In this document: in pieces, positions 13,066 through 29,818 of the stretch
Position numbering within the stretch: the first letter of the stretch is position 1
Layout of the letters: each line of letters starts with the position of its first letter
Origin: Trichinella spiralis
Lineage: Eukaryota
DNA: 64,000 nucleotides
Assembly: GCF_000181795.1 (NCBI RefSeq)
Contig: NW_003526940.1
Location: forward strand, 823,570-887,569
Direction of reading: 5' to 3'
Program-made: the position numbers and the translations under genes
Notes under the pieces: model-generated
The model's input: only the letters and a program-made list of their open reading frames with translations
Databases searched by the model: none
What the model was told of the DNA's origin: nothing

Positions 13066-15090
13066 AGCGACAGCGTTATTGCTGCACAATTTAAATGATA
13101 ACAAATAATTAACATATTATAATTTTTTGTATAGTGAAAAAAAAGATGTTCACTAGTTTCATCCACAAATTCCTTGCCAAATTCCATGATTCACTCCGCT
13201 ATAAATAACAAAAAGACATAAGCTAAGAAATCTTATATAGTTTTTATCTACATTAATTTTTACTCATTTCTTAGAATGCATATTATTAATTATTATTGTT
13301 TATGAAATAATCAGTACCTAACTTCATAATATATTTAGGAAATAAAGGAAGTGGCAACAAAATATGCATTTCTATTAGAAAACGGTGATCTCTTGCACCG
13401 GAACATAGTCATTACATTTCTGCATGTAAATTCCATAAAGTTCAAAAATTTGCTTCTGCGTTAAGCTTATGCTGCTTTAGCTGTGATGATAGTAAATAGA
13501 TCGCTTGTTCTTTGCCGCATTCACTTATGTACATGATCGAAGAATTGAGACTACTGTTCTATAAATTGGCAGAATTAATACTGCTCGTCTCTTTCTCTAT
13601 TAAAATTCTAACAGATGATAATACATTCTGAGAAATCAGTAAAATTTATTGCTGATCAATAAAATTACAATTATTTTGTTATTCATAAAAATGTACATGA
13701 TAAGTAATTGTTTCATTAAATTATAGAGATTTTTAAAATAGTGTCCATTAATATTAATCAAAAACATGTTCGAAAATATATAAATTGATCATAATAAAAT
13801 GCAATATTGCCTTTTATTCTTAACCCTCGAACTGGATTTTGGAGTATTTTAGAGTCAGGTGGCTTTTTAGTTTTTATATCTCTTCCCCTAATTAGATTGT
13901 ATGAACTGTGACTTAGGAATGTTCTTCTAAAGCAACGAAAATCTTTATTCTAAATTTTTTTAAAATTCATTGCAGTCTGTTATGTATTATGATGGCTGAA
14001 AGTAAAAAAATCGCAATTTGAACCTTTTGGGTATTTTTCAACATACCAATTTCTAGCTATTATGTATACAATTTTCAAAATAGACTACTTCCATTCAAAT
14101 CTTTTATGAGCAAAAATTTGTTGGGCGTCAAAACATGCCAAAACCATACACATAATTAAATGATGCCAAACAAGCATGTAAACAGTAATTGTAAACAAAT
14201 TGCACAAAAGTTGTTTAAAACCAATAAAATGTAGTAACCAATAAAATCACTTCGCCAATCAGAAATTACTAATAGTCAATTAATTGTTACAAATAATTTA
14301 TTCATCCGAATTGCTTAATAGTGCGTTAAGTAGGTAGCCAAACCCAACCTATTCGTTCGTTAAAGTTATCTACAAAACAGTAAATTATACATGTGAATGA
14401 TATTTCATTGAAGAACAAAAATTTTATTTCTTTTAAACAGTCTTGTAGTGCAGTATAATTTCTAAATCCTTCCGAATTTTACATTCCCTCAGCATGTCAA
14501 ATTATAAAGAAATGCAGAACAATTAACTAGGTAAATAACAGTAGTGAATTATCCTAACCCAAAAATAAGTGGCACTTTATTTTTACTTCTACATAGCCTT
14601 ATTATATTTCTTAAAAAACACAGATATTTGTTTTACAACTAGTATTTGAAAACAATTCGTTTACTTATGCATTACTCAGCACATAGTTTTTGAAACTGCC
14701 TTCCAAAACATAGTTCATCAACAAAATGTTTGAGATTGGTGAGGTTCTGAACAAAAGATAAAATACTAATAATAAAAATGGATAAAAATGGACCAATCAT
14801 GCAATCAGACAGATTCATAAGAATTAATAAGATTTCCGTTTTCCTAGAATAAAAGCTTCAAAATGCCGAAATTTTCACTTCCGGTTGTAAATAAAAACTC
14901 ACTTATCCTCGTTTACTACTGTAAATGCTGTTTCCAAAAAGACTTTATAAAACGCAATGCTTGACGAAAAAATTAATTAATAATTTTTTTGGCAAAACTC
15001 TGCTTTAAAAAATGTGATGAAAGCATTCTACCATTCATAGAAAATAAATTTATAAAATTTCAATGATGGAAAACCTGAGAATCATTTAAA

Positions 15091-15168
15091 ACACGTGACC
15101 TTGAATTGCCTATAAGTGGTGCAAATCAGAGCGTCGTTTATTTCGTCATTTTACAGCGTGTGGTGAGT
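15091..15168 (+). promoter_or_regulatory. Putative polyubiquitin core promoter: CACGTGAC E-box, TATAAG box, short non-coding first exon with GTGAGT donor
   Basis: The same motif order is conserved upstream of the paralog at 25266-25344 although the surrounding DNA is diverged. Confidence 0.5.
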
Positions 15169-15464
15169 AGGACTTTATTTTTGAAATTTGTTGTTTATAG
15201 TATTTTTACACTTTCAACGTATTTCATTATTTAGTTTAAAAGAATATTTAAAAATTGAAAACATCATAATAGCTTATTGACTAGACTATTCATAAATAAA
15301 CCTGTTGTTTTCGTCATACCTTATGTGTAACGGGATTCACTTTATACATATACATGCCACTTTGTAATGTAAAATCACCTCACCATGTAATTAAATGTAA
15401 ATAATTATGCAGAACGGTTGTAATTTTCATTAGTAGTGGAATTTATTTGTTGTGTTTTAGATAA

Positions 15465-16858
<1,394 letters not shown>

Positions 16859-18665
16859 ATACTTTAAGATTTTTCTGTGTATATGTACATTTTTATGTAA
16901 ATATTTTGTAGGAAAGCAGTTGGACAGTAGTGGCACGTTGTCAGATTGTAGCATTTAAGTGAACTGTACGGTGAATTTAGTCAGTTACGGTGATTATATT
17001 TTTTTACATGTAAATGAATATAAAAGTTCTGATTTCTAGTGAATTTTCTTTTATGTTGTTTCTTTGTTTTTCGCATATGTTCTCTGTTGAAAATTAATTA
17101 GTCGAAATTTAATAAACAGTTATGCAGTTTTTGCTTCTTGATTTCGAAATATTTTCAAAAAACGGAAAGTTTAATTTTGTAAATTGCTATGTTTCCAATG
17201 ATTTCAGTATGTATGTGTTGAATGTGAGGATGAAATTTTAATAATTGCATATCGCGACATGCAAATTAGCGATTTCATTGTCTATTTTTTGGCTGACTTG
17301 TGGATCATTGACAATCAGTAGAAAACCTTGTTTCATGTCAGCACAATAGTCTTATTGACTGTAATGAAGTAAAGGAAGCACCCTTAACCTACAAGCAAAT
17401 TTAAGTAATGAGCAAATTTATAAGCACCGATGTAGTAATTTTTCATTTTCTTTTTCAAACTTTTAATTGCTAGATGAACCAAACCAAGGAAGTGCTACTT
17501 TAATTCTGCTTAATCGCAGGAATGAAGTTTTTGCCACATTGGATGTTGCTTAATTTTTTTTGACTTTAAAAACTTTTTAATGAAAGTTTTCTTATCACAT
17601 GTTATAGCAACACTGATATATACGCATGTACATGTACATATATATTATTGCCAATTTATCGGACAACTGTTGCAATGTTGAATTCATGAAAAGAAAGTTG
17701 CGCTCATATTTTGTCAGGTTGCAACAAAATAATTATCATGTCGAATATCAAGGAAGAAAAACTTTTCATTTGACGATTTATGCTAAATTCAAACATATTT
17801 TCGAAATATATAACACTGAAATAGTGAAATCATTCAAAAAAATCATTGAATAGGTTCTCAAAATTTATGTTGCAGTAATATATTTAAACGAAGTCAATAT
17901 AAAAATTAATATACATCAAAATTATAAGTGATAAAGCGTTAAGAAACTTCGGATTAAAGACGGAAATACTGCAATGACCATAAGCAAACTAGTTAAGACA
18001 GGACGAGCAACATGAACGTGGTATGTTGTGGTGGTAAAGAAGGTTCAGGAATGAAGAACAGATCTTTCCAGTTCTCAGACCTTTGAATAATGCTTATGTC
18101 TAAGCGGCCTCATCTTTGTTTAGCACTATCATATAGGTAGAGCCACTTTTCAATTATAATTATCGCAATAATATGCCATATTTCAAAATATAAAGCTTGT
18201 TGAAAAACTAAAGAGACAGTTATTAGAATATTCAGTTGAAAATTTTCATACTTAAAAACGTCATTCCTATTAAATAGTAAGATAAGGTAATAATCCAAGA
18301 AATTAACGAAAAATATTTTTAGATAATTTTAAAATTTTATGCGGTGCGTAATAATTTTCATCGAGATAATGAAAAGAACGAAAGATGAATTGCCATTGCA
18401 AACCAAAATGCAGAAACCATAAATTTCATTCCTGTTTTACAATTAGCCGACAAAAGAAAACAATAATGAAAAAATGCACTTCTATCCTACTAATAAACAT
18501 TCTGTAAAATATTCTCATGATTTCTAAATAGCATGCAATATACCTGTAAATGTAGCATTCTACACAAACAGATAAATATTGATTGAATGAAATAAAATGT
18601 AAAGGATTTCGGTTTAATTTATAAAATGCAAATAAATCTGGCATATCAATTCGTGGATATTTTCA

Positions 18666-20539
18666 CTACGGGCAGTTTTCAACTTGAGCAGCAATGTCAT
18701 TAAATCTGGCGAAAATATCTGCTTGATCAATACAAACTGCCATCGCAGATTGGACAGTTTGGTTTTTCTAAATTAAAGATAAATTGTCATTTCAGTTATT
18801 AAAAATATTTTTAAATGTAGTTACAGCATATGGCCTATCAATGAGGCAGAATATATTTCCAGGATCAGAAACAGCCCAGTTTGTCAAATCAGCATCAAGA
18901 TTAGTGTTGTGATCACTAATTGGAGCAGGGCTTTTGATTAAACGAATATTTCTTTCCACCACTCTACAGTCTCCTTTGAGTTTATTGTCTCTTCTTGACC
19001 ACACTTTTATCGTTTTTTTAAGAGCTTTTACGATCACTCTCCTGTATATTTCTAAAAATTTAATTTTATTTGTTCTGAAGTGGAATAATTTACTTGCTAC
19101 ATATTTCACATTGATAAAACAAATGTAAAATATCATGACATATTTCTTAATATTTTAAAGTGTGAAATGACAGAATTTTATTTTCAAGCTTCACTGAATG
19201 CGAAGGCGCATTGTCAGTATTACAGAAATTTGAAAAATCATTTAATTTGCACATTTGATAAATCAATCATCATATATTCATAGTAAATATAATATTTTAT
19301 TAATATATATGCATTTATTAATTTGTGAATTTCAGTTTATATCATTCAAATATTTTGGTTTTTCAAATTTGTACCTTCTTTTTTGAATATACATTTTCAT
19401 TCATAATTACATAAAGTATTAAAAATAAATTTTTCATAGTGTTGTTCGCCACTACTTACCGTATCTAGATGTTGCTGACTTGCTGTAAACGTTTACAGTT
19501 ACCGCAGCTTGTGCTGCTGTTTTAATCGATTGCCTTGACAAATATGGAGGAACTGTTGGAAACTGTCCATTTGATAATTTTTTGAAATATTGCATTCCTA
19601 CGGTTTCAGTTTCAGGAATATCATTATAATGTACTAAAGGCTCGGCACGAAGCAATGATGCAGCTAAACAAAAAGTAGCATCAGATACATACAAATTCAA
19701 TGTATCAGTACAATCTTGTTCCTCTATTTAAGGTGCCGTTAACTAAATCTTTCATTTATATTGCATATGATAATGGTCCATTAAGTGATTGCATTTGAAA
19801 ATTATAATTACACTCTTGGAATAAGGTGCTAATTTTGTGTGGAGTTTAGATGAATGTTTTATAAATATGAATGAAAATATGAGTATTAACAATTTGAATG
19901 AAAGTCAATCAAACCTATGGCATTTATTTGGCTTTCTGAAATGGTCAAACAAATTAATAAATGTCCTTTAGCATTTTCAGCTACTGGCCAGCTGTATCCC
20001 GTTTTTGCAGCTGGAAATCCAGGTACAGTATGAACAATCCATGAAGCGGCATCAGTATTAAGAGTTGTTCGTACAATTATCACTCCTTGAAATGGATGGA
20101 CAATTTGATATTGAAATCCTTAAGACTGATTTCCATACCTTTGCTATTAGACTTTGTTTTTACGTTGGGCATGCCTGGTGGAACATTGTTGTATGCAAGA
20201 AATTTTATGTCATTGTTATTCCCTACAACATGTTCTAGTGTAACTCCAAACGATTGTCCATTTTGTTGTGTAAGGTCCGCGTTTCCATTCACCCATGCAC
20301 CGGCGCTGTTTGAGACGATAATTTTGCCTCTGATTTGTCCTGGAGCTTTGTATAATATTGCCCTGAAAGCACCCTAATGTGATGGCAATTCAATAATGCT
20401 GTAATTTCTTTTTCAAATGGATCATTGTAACTGACCAGTCTACTTCAGCATTGCCATCATTAGCTCGGCATTTAGGATTTTGTGATTGTGAGAAAAGTAT
20501 TAAAATAAAATGTACAAGCAGCTGAAGGTGGTTTTGCAT
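18666..20539 (-). CDS. DNase II / plancitoxin-1-like secreted protein, copy 3
   Basis: ATG at 20539 (MQNHLQLLVHFILILFSQSQNPKCR), six homologous exons, TAG at 18668-18666. Confidence 0.9.
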
Positions 20540-21736
20540 CTTCTCTTGTGTCTCTGATTTATCTAAACGGATTGAGATCATCTATGCAAACATTCTGCTA
20601 TTTTTATTTATTCTTCCAAATGTTTGCAATCCCTATTTATTTATTTATTAAATTCGTTTTATTTGTTTAATGTAAATGGTCATTATTAGGAATGTTCCTT
20701 TTTAGAAGATTCTTGTTTTTAATAATTATCTCATTTATTTTTAGATAAATCACAAGATTAAGAATATGGAGATTTACATGATTGCTAAACAATATAATAA
20801 TGTTTGCTCTTTACCGTCAGTTTATGCTATCGATGATGAGGTAGATCATTGCATTTTTTCTCACTTTTCAGTAATTCCGTTTGCGCTAATCTTTCAATTT
20901 TTTTCATTTACAAATCAATGCATTTGTTTTGCGGCTGTTTGCAGTTGCAGTTTCAGTCTGTTGCATAAACAATTGGGAAATTTAATTAATTAGAGATGCC
21001 AAACACTTGCATGTAAACATGTATGCTGAGCACGCCATTACTGCTGTTGATTGATATACAGTGGTGAGGAATCATCTGCATGCTGTTCTTCCTTTCACCA
21101 CAACTTCTACTTTATTCCAATTTGTTTTTGTATCTTTCTGTAATATTTTATTTTTAAATTTTGTTACTTATTTTAATATTTTAGGATGTATAATTGTTGA
21201 TTAAAATATAAATTTAGTATTGATGGTGCATGTTCCAATAATGAATGAAAATATTATTTTTCATGTAATTAGTGCTTTACAACTGATCTGATCTGATCTG
21301 ATTTATGAATCGTCGGAGATCTTTCTGTGAAGCAGAAAAAGAAAACAACATAGTTAATGAGCAAGAATGTTTGTATTATTTTTGTTTATTGGTATTAATG
21401 ATTTGTTTTATCAACAATGAGTTACGTAAAAGGTGCATTTTTTGTATCATCATTTTCTTGTCTTTCTTTTATTTGTTTTTTATTAATGAGACAAAAATTG
21501 CAAAATGTAGTACAAGACGTTGAGATTAATAGTATAAGAACAATCTGGAAAATTGAATTTTGAGAAAAAATTGATTATTTTATAAAGTTATTCATGAAAA
21601 CAGATTTGTATTTGAAAACGCTGGTATAGATTCAAATGAATAATTTCAATTTTTTAATTGTAAAAAATTGAAATAACTTTATATCAAGTTCTATTATATA
21701 TTAGACTATAAACATTGAGAAGTTTTTGACGTTTAA

Positions 21737-22323
21737 CCCTCGAATCACCAAGTGGAGTAAAAGTGATCGCATTCCCATTGAAACTGAAATAATGTCGACG
21801 CTCTGAAATCGCTTGATTTTTTTCAACAGCTACCTTTTTACAATTTGTTATCATGAAAGATTTATGAATATTCTTTTCGAGTGACTGAACACTGAATAGT
21901 TGTCGTATAGACGACAGTTGCAAGCAGTAGAATAGTAAATTGCAGCACTTTACCGCTGGCTAATACAACTGTAATTTTTCTGTTATATTTTAAGGCACTT
22001 ATAAAGCAGGATGATGAATCCCAGAAATCTGGATATATGTATTAAGCAGTTAAATTTTGTTGGATGAAACCGATTGTTATGCCACTTTATCGCATTGGGA
22101 ATGCAGGTTCAATTTATACTGTACCGTATGCATAGTTGAATTTCTTTTGTATGTTGCGTAATACTGTCATTACGCTTGATTGTTTTCAACGTTCAGTTCT
22201 TTCTGATATTTTGTGAAACATTTCTCATGAAGTTTTATCAAATTTAGCCATAAAAATGGAGGGACAAGAGTTACTCCTCCCCTTTTTCATACTTGGTGCC
22301 GAAATACCTTGGTAACTCAAGGG
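21737..22323 (+). mobile_element. piggyBac-type non-autonomous element (MITE)
   Basis: TTAA on both sides; TIRs CCCTCGAATCACCAAG / CTTGGTAACTCAAGGG (13/16 match). The paralogous locus near 58985 has a single TTAA (empty site). Confidence 0.9.
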
Positions 22324-22417
22324 TTAAAATTTTAAACTATGTATTAGAGTAGTTTTAACAATTTTGAATTTAAATAATTGGAAAAGAAAAAGAAAATTTA
22401 ATAATATTTTGATGACT

Positions 22418-22927
22418 ATGGTCGAAGTGGGAATCTATATTTTATACTTCTTGAAATTTGCAACAACTGTTCAAGGAATTTTTTTTGATCTTTTTGATAT
22501 CATCAGTGATAATAAAACATTTGTTGGGAAAGTTTTTAATAAAATTGAAGAAAAAACTGGACGAAATCGTTGTGAAGCTGCAACTTTGTTAGCATCTGTG
22601 ATTACTGTGCTTTTCTTATTCAGCAGAAGTGCGGAACTGCTGTGCAATTCGATCTGTTTTGCTTATCCAGCGGTGAAAAGTTTGGAAAAAGTTAAATCAA
22701 CTGAAAAAAATACTTCATATCAATGCTTATTATTCTATTGGATTATTTTCGGCTTGTTTGCAGTTGTTGATTTTTTTGCTTACTCCATTAGCTATATTAA
22801 TACAGTATATTGGCTGCTCAAATGTGTTTTCTTTCTTTGGTTGTTCATGCCAAGCTGCAGTGGTGCTGCGGTGCTGCATGGAATAATTTTCCCACCAATC
22901 TCATCTCAACCGAACAACTGTCAGTGA
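22418..22927 (+). CDS. REEP5/DP1/Yop1 (TB2/HVA22 family) ER-shaping protein, copy 1
   Basis: Motifs KIEEKTG, ELLCNSICFAYPAVKSL, LLFYWIIFGLFAVVDFF, YWLLKCVFFLWLFMP..GA. The start is the ATG conserved in both copies. Confidence 0.88.
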   Translation: MVEVGIYILYFLKFATTVQGIFFDLFDIISDNKTFVGKVFNKIEEKTGRNRCEAATLLASVITVLFLFSRSAELLCNSICFAYPAVKSLEKVKSTEKNTSYQCLLFYWIIFGLFAVVDFFAYSISYINTVYWLLKCVFFLWLFMPSCSGAAVLHGIIFPPISSQPNNCQ

Positions 22928-23551
22928 AATATATCATCTACATTATTATTCACCTTTTACTGTATTGCTTGTTTGCTTCTTTGTATGCCATATTTTGTAA
23001 CCTTTTTGCATATTTTATCAATTATTTTTATTTTTTATTATTTATTTGCTTTAACTATGTGCAGTGAACAGCGACTGAGGAGGCTGTTTGGAAATGAGAT
23101 TTCTTCATTGTTAATGCTTTATTTTTACAAGTGCATTTCAATAAATGTATCAAGAAAATATGCGAGATGAATTTTATTTTTTCAAAGTTTGCATTATCGA
23201 ACTAACTGATTCAATAGCTATGTTACAGAAATTAAACTTTCATTTATGATAATATGCATTTCCCAACTTCCTTACTATAATATCCCCAACTTCTTGTTCT
23301 AGTTATTTAACGTTGCAAAGCAATGTTTCCGAAAAGCATAGCAATACCGAAAAAATAACTTCATGGTATTCACTGGCAAAACTTCCTTACTGAAAAAAAG
23401 CAATGATAATAAAGCCAAACTTTCAAGTATAAATATTTGAAAACGACATCACGTTATCCATAAATATTACATTTCTGTATATAAATTATATAAACATATT
23501 CTATTCCTCTCTCCCACACCTACCTATGATAATGTATTCAATCTGAATATA

Positions 23552-24370
23552 NNNNNNNNNNNNNNNNNNNNNNNNNNNNNNNNNNNNNNNNNNNNNNNNN
23601 NNNNNNNNNNNNNNNNNNNNNNNNNNNNNNNNNNNNNNNNNNNNNNNNNNNNNNNNNNNNNNNNNNNNNNNNNNNNNNNNNNNNNNNNNNNNNNNNNNNN
23701 NNNNNNNNNNNNNNNNNNNNNNNNNNNNNNNNNNNNNNNNNNNNNNNNNNNNNNNNNNNNNNNNNNNNNNNNNNNNNNNNNNNNNNNNNNNNNNNNNNNN
23801 NNNNNNNNNNNNNNNNNNNNNNNNNNNNNNNNNNNNNNNNNNNNNNNNNNNNNNNNNNNNNNNNNNNNNNNNNNNNNNNNNNNNNNNNNNNNNNNNNNNN
23901 NNNNNNNNNNNNNNNNNNNNNNNNNNNNNNNNNNNNNNNNNNNNNNNNNNNNNNNNNNNNNNNNNNNNNNNNNNNNNNNNNNNNNNNNNNNNNNNNNNNN
24001 NNNNNNNNNNNNNNNNNNNNNNNNNNNNNNNNNNNNNNNNNNNNNNNNNNNNNNNNNNNNNNNNNNNNNNNNNNNNNNNNNNNNNNNNNNNNNNNNNNNN
24101 NNNNNNNNNNNNNNNNNNNNNNNNNNNNNNNNNNNNNNNNNNNNNNNNNNNNNNNNNNNNNNNNNNNNNNNNNNNNNNNNNNNNNNNNNNNNNNNNNNNN
24201 NNNNNNNNNNNNNNNNNNNNNNNNNNNNNNNNNNNNNNNNNNNNNNNNNNNNNNNNNNNNNNNNNNNNNNNNNNNNNNNNNNNNNNNNNNNNNNNNNNNN
24301 NNNNNNNNNNNNNNNNNNNNNNNNNNNNNNNNNNNNNNNNNNNNNNNNNNNNNNNNNNNNNNNNNNNNNN
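23552..24370. other. Assembly gap (N run)
   Basis: Run of N. Confidence 1.
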
Positions 24371-24768
24371 GGATGTAAGGAGACTTTTATGCCGTTCTCC
24401 CAAGGGGTTATTTTTGCCAATATAGTTTACTGACCTGCTTGATTCGCTTGTCCATGGTTTCTATGTGTGGTAGCGGATTCACTTATATTGGTTTACTTTA
24501 CCTTTTTATTGTTCATCATTGTTGTTATCTATGTTATTTACTGTTGTTAGTTATGGATGCTATTCTCTGCTATTTAGTGCTGATATTATTGTTGGTGTTG
24601 AATATTGAAAAATACAAAATTATTTCTTTGTATTTGTTGACCTATTGATATGCCATTTCATCAAACTTAATTTAGTTACAATAATAATGAAGTGAAGAAA
24701 ATTCTTTTTTAATAGTATTGTCTCTGGTCACTGGAAGTGATCACTAAAAAGTGCAAAATGGAAAAACA
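24371..24768 (+). repeat. Direct copy of 63609-64000 (3' part of MULE remnant and flank)
   Basis: Essentially identical from ~24505 onward. The first ~130 nt next to the gap are a noisy version of the same sequence. Confidence 0.9.
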
Positions 24769-25598
24769 AATATTTAATTACCAAGCCATAAACGCCCAAA
24801 ACTGGCATTTACAAATAAGAATCTATCACAAAAATTGTTTCAAACCGTTAAATTAAGCAATGAATAAAACATCAAAGCAAATCAAAAGTATTAATTACTA
24901 ATCAATTCCTGAAAATTACATAATTCAACAAACTGCTAAATAGTGGTTTGAGCAAACGGTCAGACATAGCTAGTCAGTTTGTAAAGTCTCTGTAAAAAAA
25001 AGAAATTATGAAATAAATTTATTTCAGGAACAAGCTTTTCTTTAAAAAGTATTCAGGAACGATATGTTCACTTAAGCAGTAGGAAGCTTAAATGTAAAAA
25101 GCTTTAAAAAATCAACATGCGGAATAAATTGTAAAAAGTAAAAGAAACATTAAAAAAATTAATTAACAAATTGTTTTCATCTCGGTATCAGATTAAAGTA
25201 TTCACCCACTCATAACACATTGATTAATCAAATTTTAATTATAAAAACCTGAAAATCATTTAACATCACGTGACCCAGAATAACATATAAGTGCTAGAAT
25301 TTACAGCGCAACGTTCATTTCGTCGTTTTCAGCAGGTGGTGAGTGTGGCCTTATTTTTCAAATTTCATGTTTTCATTTATTCACCTTTTCCTTGTATTTC
25401 ATCAGTTCAACGGAATATTAATTAGTTGAAAATCTTTATTAATTTAATGATTATCAGTTATTAATTTAATATCGTACGATGTATACTATTCATAAGTAAA
25501 ACATACATATGTTATTTTCAGCATGCATTATAATTAACATTAATTTACTTTATACGTGTGCATGGTGTTTGGTAATGAAAAATCATTTAACCGTATAG

Positions 25599-26906
<1,308 letters not shown>

Positions 26907-26916
26907 NNNNNNNNNN

Positions 26917-29538
26917 GGACTGAATGGAATGCGTCGACGAAATCGACGTCCCCAGCATTCGCAGCGATTAAATAATTGGAGGGGATCCGGAATTTTTCTT
27001 ACCAAAAAATAGTCGAGAGTTCAAGTCGGAGAAAATTTCCACTGGTCTTCAAATCAACGTGGAAATGGCGGTGATCGTCGATCTTTTCATCGGAAAAAAA
27101 CACCACCCTTCCAGAATGGGTTACCGAAGGGCCAAAGGATATGTTTGAAACGATGGAATTGCGTGGATTTGAAGAAGAGCCGGACAAGCAGTCTGACAAC
27201 AAGGAAAAACCAATGGTGAACGGCTCTGACGAATCTGAGAAAGCTCCTCAGCCGTTGCCAACAACAACAATTCCAGAGCCAACAGAAAATGAAAACCCAG
27301 TGGCGACGAAAATAAACGACGATATGCCTTTTGATATTTTTTCCAACGAATTCATGGAACAATTCTATAATGGAGTAGGCATTTTATTTTATTTATTTAT
27401 TTATTGTTTTTTTTTGCTTCTGTAGTGACAAATTTGACATTTTTAGAATGAGTTTGGTGATATTACCAATGTAAAGACAGAGGCAGTGACGGGCAGTCGT
27501 TTCAAGAAGTTCTTCTCCAGTGCTGACTCCGAAACTTCTGGTAGTTTTTTACTGCTATTATTATGTGTTTTAATTTAATTTGTTAGTTGCATTATTGTTT
27601 AAGAAATTGTTGTTTAATTAATAATGTATTTTTTTGGTTTGATTGTTATTTAAGGTGGTGATAACAGTGACAAACGAAAGGCGGAGGAAAAACAGCAACT
27701 GTGTGATGGGCCTGATTCGACAGCTTCACTCGGTGAAATTAATGCTGTAGAAGCTGAAAGTTCAAGCCAGTCGGTTCCAACAATACCCGGGGCGATTCGT
27801 TTGGAAGAAATTGAAACTGGACTGAAAGAACGTGGTACTCAGAGCGAGCAGACGAATACTATTTTGCAAGTATGATTTTGAGCTGTACTTTCTTTTTTGA
27901 ACACAGTTTTCACAAATTTGAAATTTCCACCTTATCAGGGTCTGTTCAGTGCAGCGAAATTGCAGTTGCGTAGAAATGAAGCTTCGCATTTGCATTCATG
28001 TCCGGTAGAACAGCAGCCGAAATCTAACAATCAATCGGTAATTGGATTTTAAATTGTTCAATAAGTTTTTTTCTGGAAAAAATACAATTTCGTAATGTAA
28101 TTTGTAATTTAATTGGTTAAGTAACTATTTAAAAATATTTTAAATATTGAACTTTTTTTTGAATTTGAAATTCAGAAAAAAAAATTTAAGAACGTTGAAT
28201 CATTTGAAAGTGGCACTTTGAAATCAACTCTGTGGGGTACCCAAAATGCTGGTACGTGCTGTGGGTCTTCCTTCGAATCGGAAAACATCTTCCATGAAGG
28301 TACGCCGAATTTCCAAGATAAATACAAAGCAACTCTACGCAGTGCCGATGTGTCCCCTGCTGCTAATCAGCAAGGGTTGGGTAATAGTAGGGAGATTGTC
28401 TTTTGTTTTATTTTATTTTGCTTTTTAATTTTAAATTTGGTCCCATTTTTTAGCGCAGTCTTCTTCCGGCTCTTCGCCGCAAAATATGCCTCACCAACGC
28501 AACATACCGATTGAAGTGATCAACGCGATGCTGGAATGCCAAGATCCATCCCAACTGGGTCCGTTGAGCAAATTGTTGGAAAGTTTTACATTCAACGGCC
28601 CGGAACCTTTGGCTTGGCAGATTTTTCAAAACCAAAGCAGCGGATCATCCGATGGTTTGACTCATTGTCAGCAGCCAGGTTCCACAACCGATTCGTCGAT
28701 TAAGCTCAGTTGTACACCGACGACAGTTGGCCGTGCGGACAGTTCGCTGAACAACGGTTTGGAAAGGAGAGGCAATTTCACTCCGACGTCGGTGATGAAG
28801 CAGCGACAACAGCAACAGCAGGCGGATAAAAGCGTCGATTCGCACGCTGCTGGTGTTCTGGACGAACAAAATCCCCTGCCCAGTGGAGCACAGTACAGGC
28901 CGATAACCAAACAGTCGACCGTATGTTGTTCGCCCAGCACGTCCGCTTCTGCAAGAGATGGTCAAGCTAGTCCACTGATGCCGTTGGTGATGCCACCGAT
29001 GGGCACGTCCGGTTCCGCTGGTCACAGTCCCCTAAGTCCTCAGGAAGTGGCTCGCCGAATGCAGCAAAAGCGTTACATTCACGAGCAGATGCTGAAACAC
29101 GCCGTATATCAACAACAGCAGCAACAGTCGTTTGGCGTGATTACGCCAACAATGCCGGCTAATGCAGTTCTGATGAACATTATGCGTGGTGAGTGATTAC
29201 CGACTTGTGTGTGTGTGTGTGTTTTATTCTACTTTATATGAATAGAAGAGAAATTTTGAAATTATCCCTTTCCCATTCACATACAGTTGCAATTATTTAT
29301 TTAGTTATAAAATATTTTATAAGTGCCTTTGTTGTGTTAGTTTTTCTTTTGTGAACGGTTTTTTTCCTCTATAGCACAAGGAATGCAATCTCAGTTTGCA
29401 GCAGCTGTGCAACAACGGCATGCAATGGCACATCCGCAAGCATCTCCAGTTAGAATGGGCCTTCATTCTCCGTACGAGATGAATGCATTACGCCAACAGC
29501 GAGCTTTGTTCATACAGCAGCAACAGCAACAACAACAA

Positions 29539-29570
<32 letters not shown>

Positions 29571-29818
29571 ACAGCATGCTTTAAACCAGTATCGCTATCG
29601 AAATGGTTTGTTTACATTGTTGATGCTCTTTTATTAAAGCATATTTTTTTTAATTTTAAGCAAATCCGATGAATATAGATCAGATGAAGTACCAGCATTC
29701 AAATGCGTTGTTCAGCCTGATGAATGTGCGTTACCCTGGTGGTTCGGCAGTTCCTATTCCACCAGAAGCTAAAACTTTGGAAGAGCTTGAACGCTTGTCC
29801 TCGAGACCTTCTGGATGA
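26917..29818 (+). CDS. EIF4ENIF1: eIF4E transporter (4E-T/EIF4ENIF1, Cup, IFET-1-like), 5'-partial; exons <26917-27374, 27447-27540, 27655-27869, 27939-28037, 28176-28380, 28454-29188, 29375-29605, 29661-29818
   Basis: Cup-homology-domain-like LPEWVTEGPKDMFETMELRGFEE, GSRFKKFFS, AIRLEEIETGL, a Q-rich region and C-terminal PIPPEAKTLEELER. The spliced frame is open throughout. Confidence 0.8.
29515..29574 (+). repeat. CAG/CAA polyglutamine tract (20 Q) in the 4E-T-like gene
   Basis: Read directly; consistent with the ORF track. Confidence 0.95.

Noticed and set aside
13820..13840. TTAACCCTCGAA resembling the piggyBac MITE end
   Set aside because: No matching opposite terminus was found.
23501..24420. 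Two ~300-aa ORFs in the track
   Set aside because: They are artifacts of translating the N gap.
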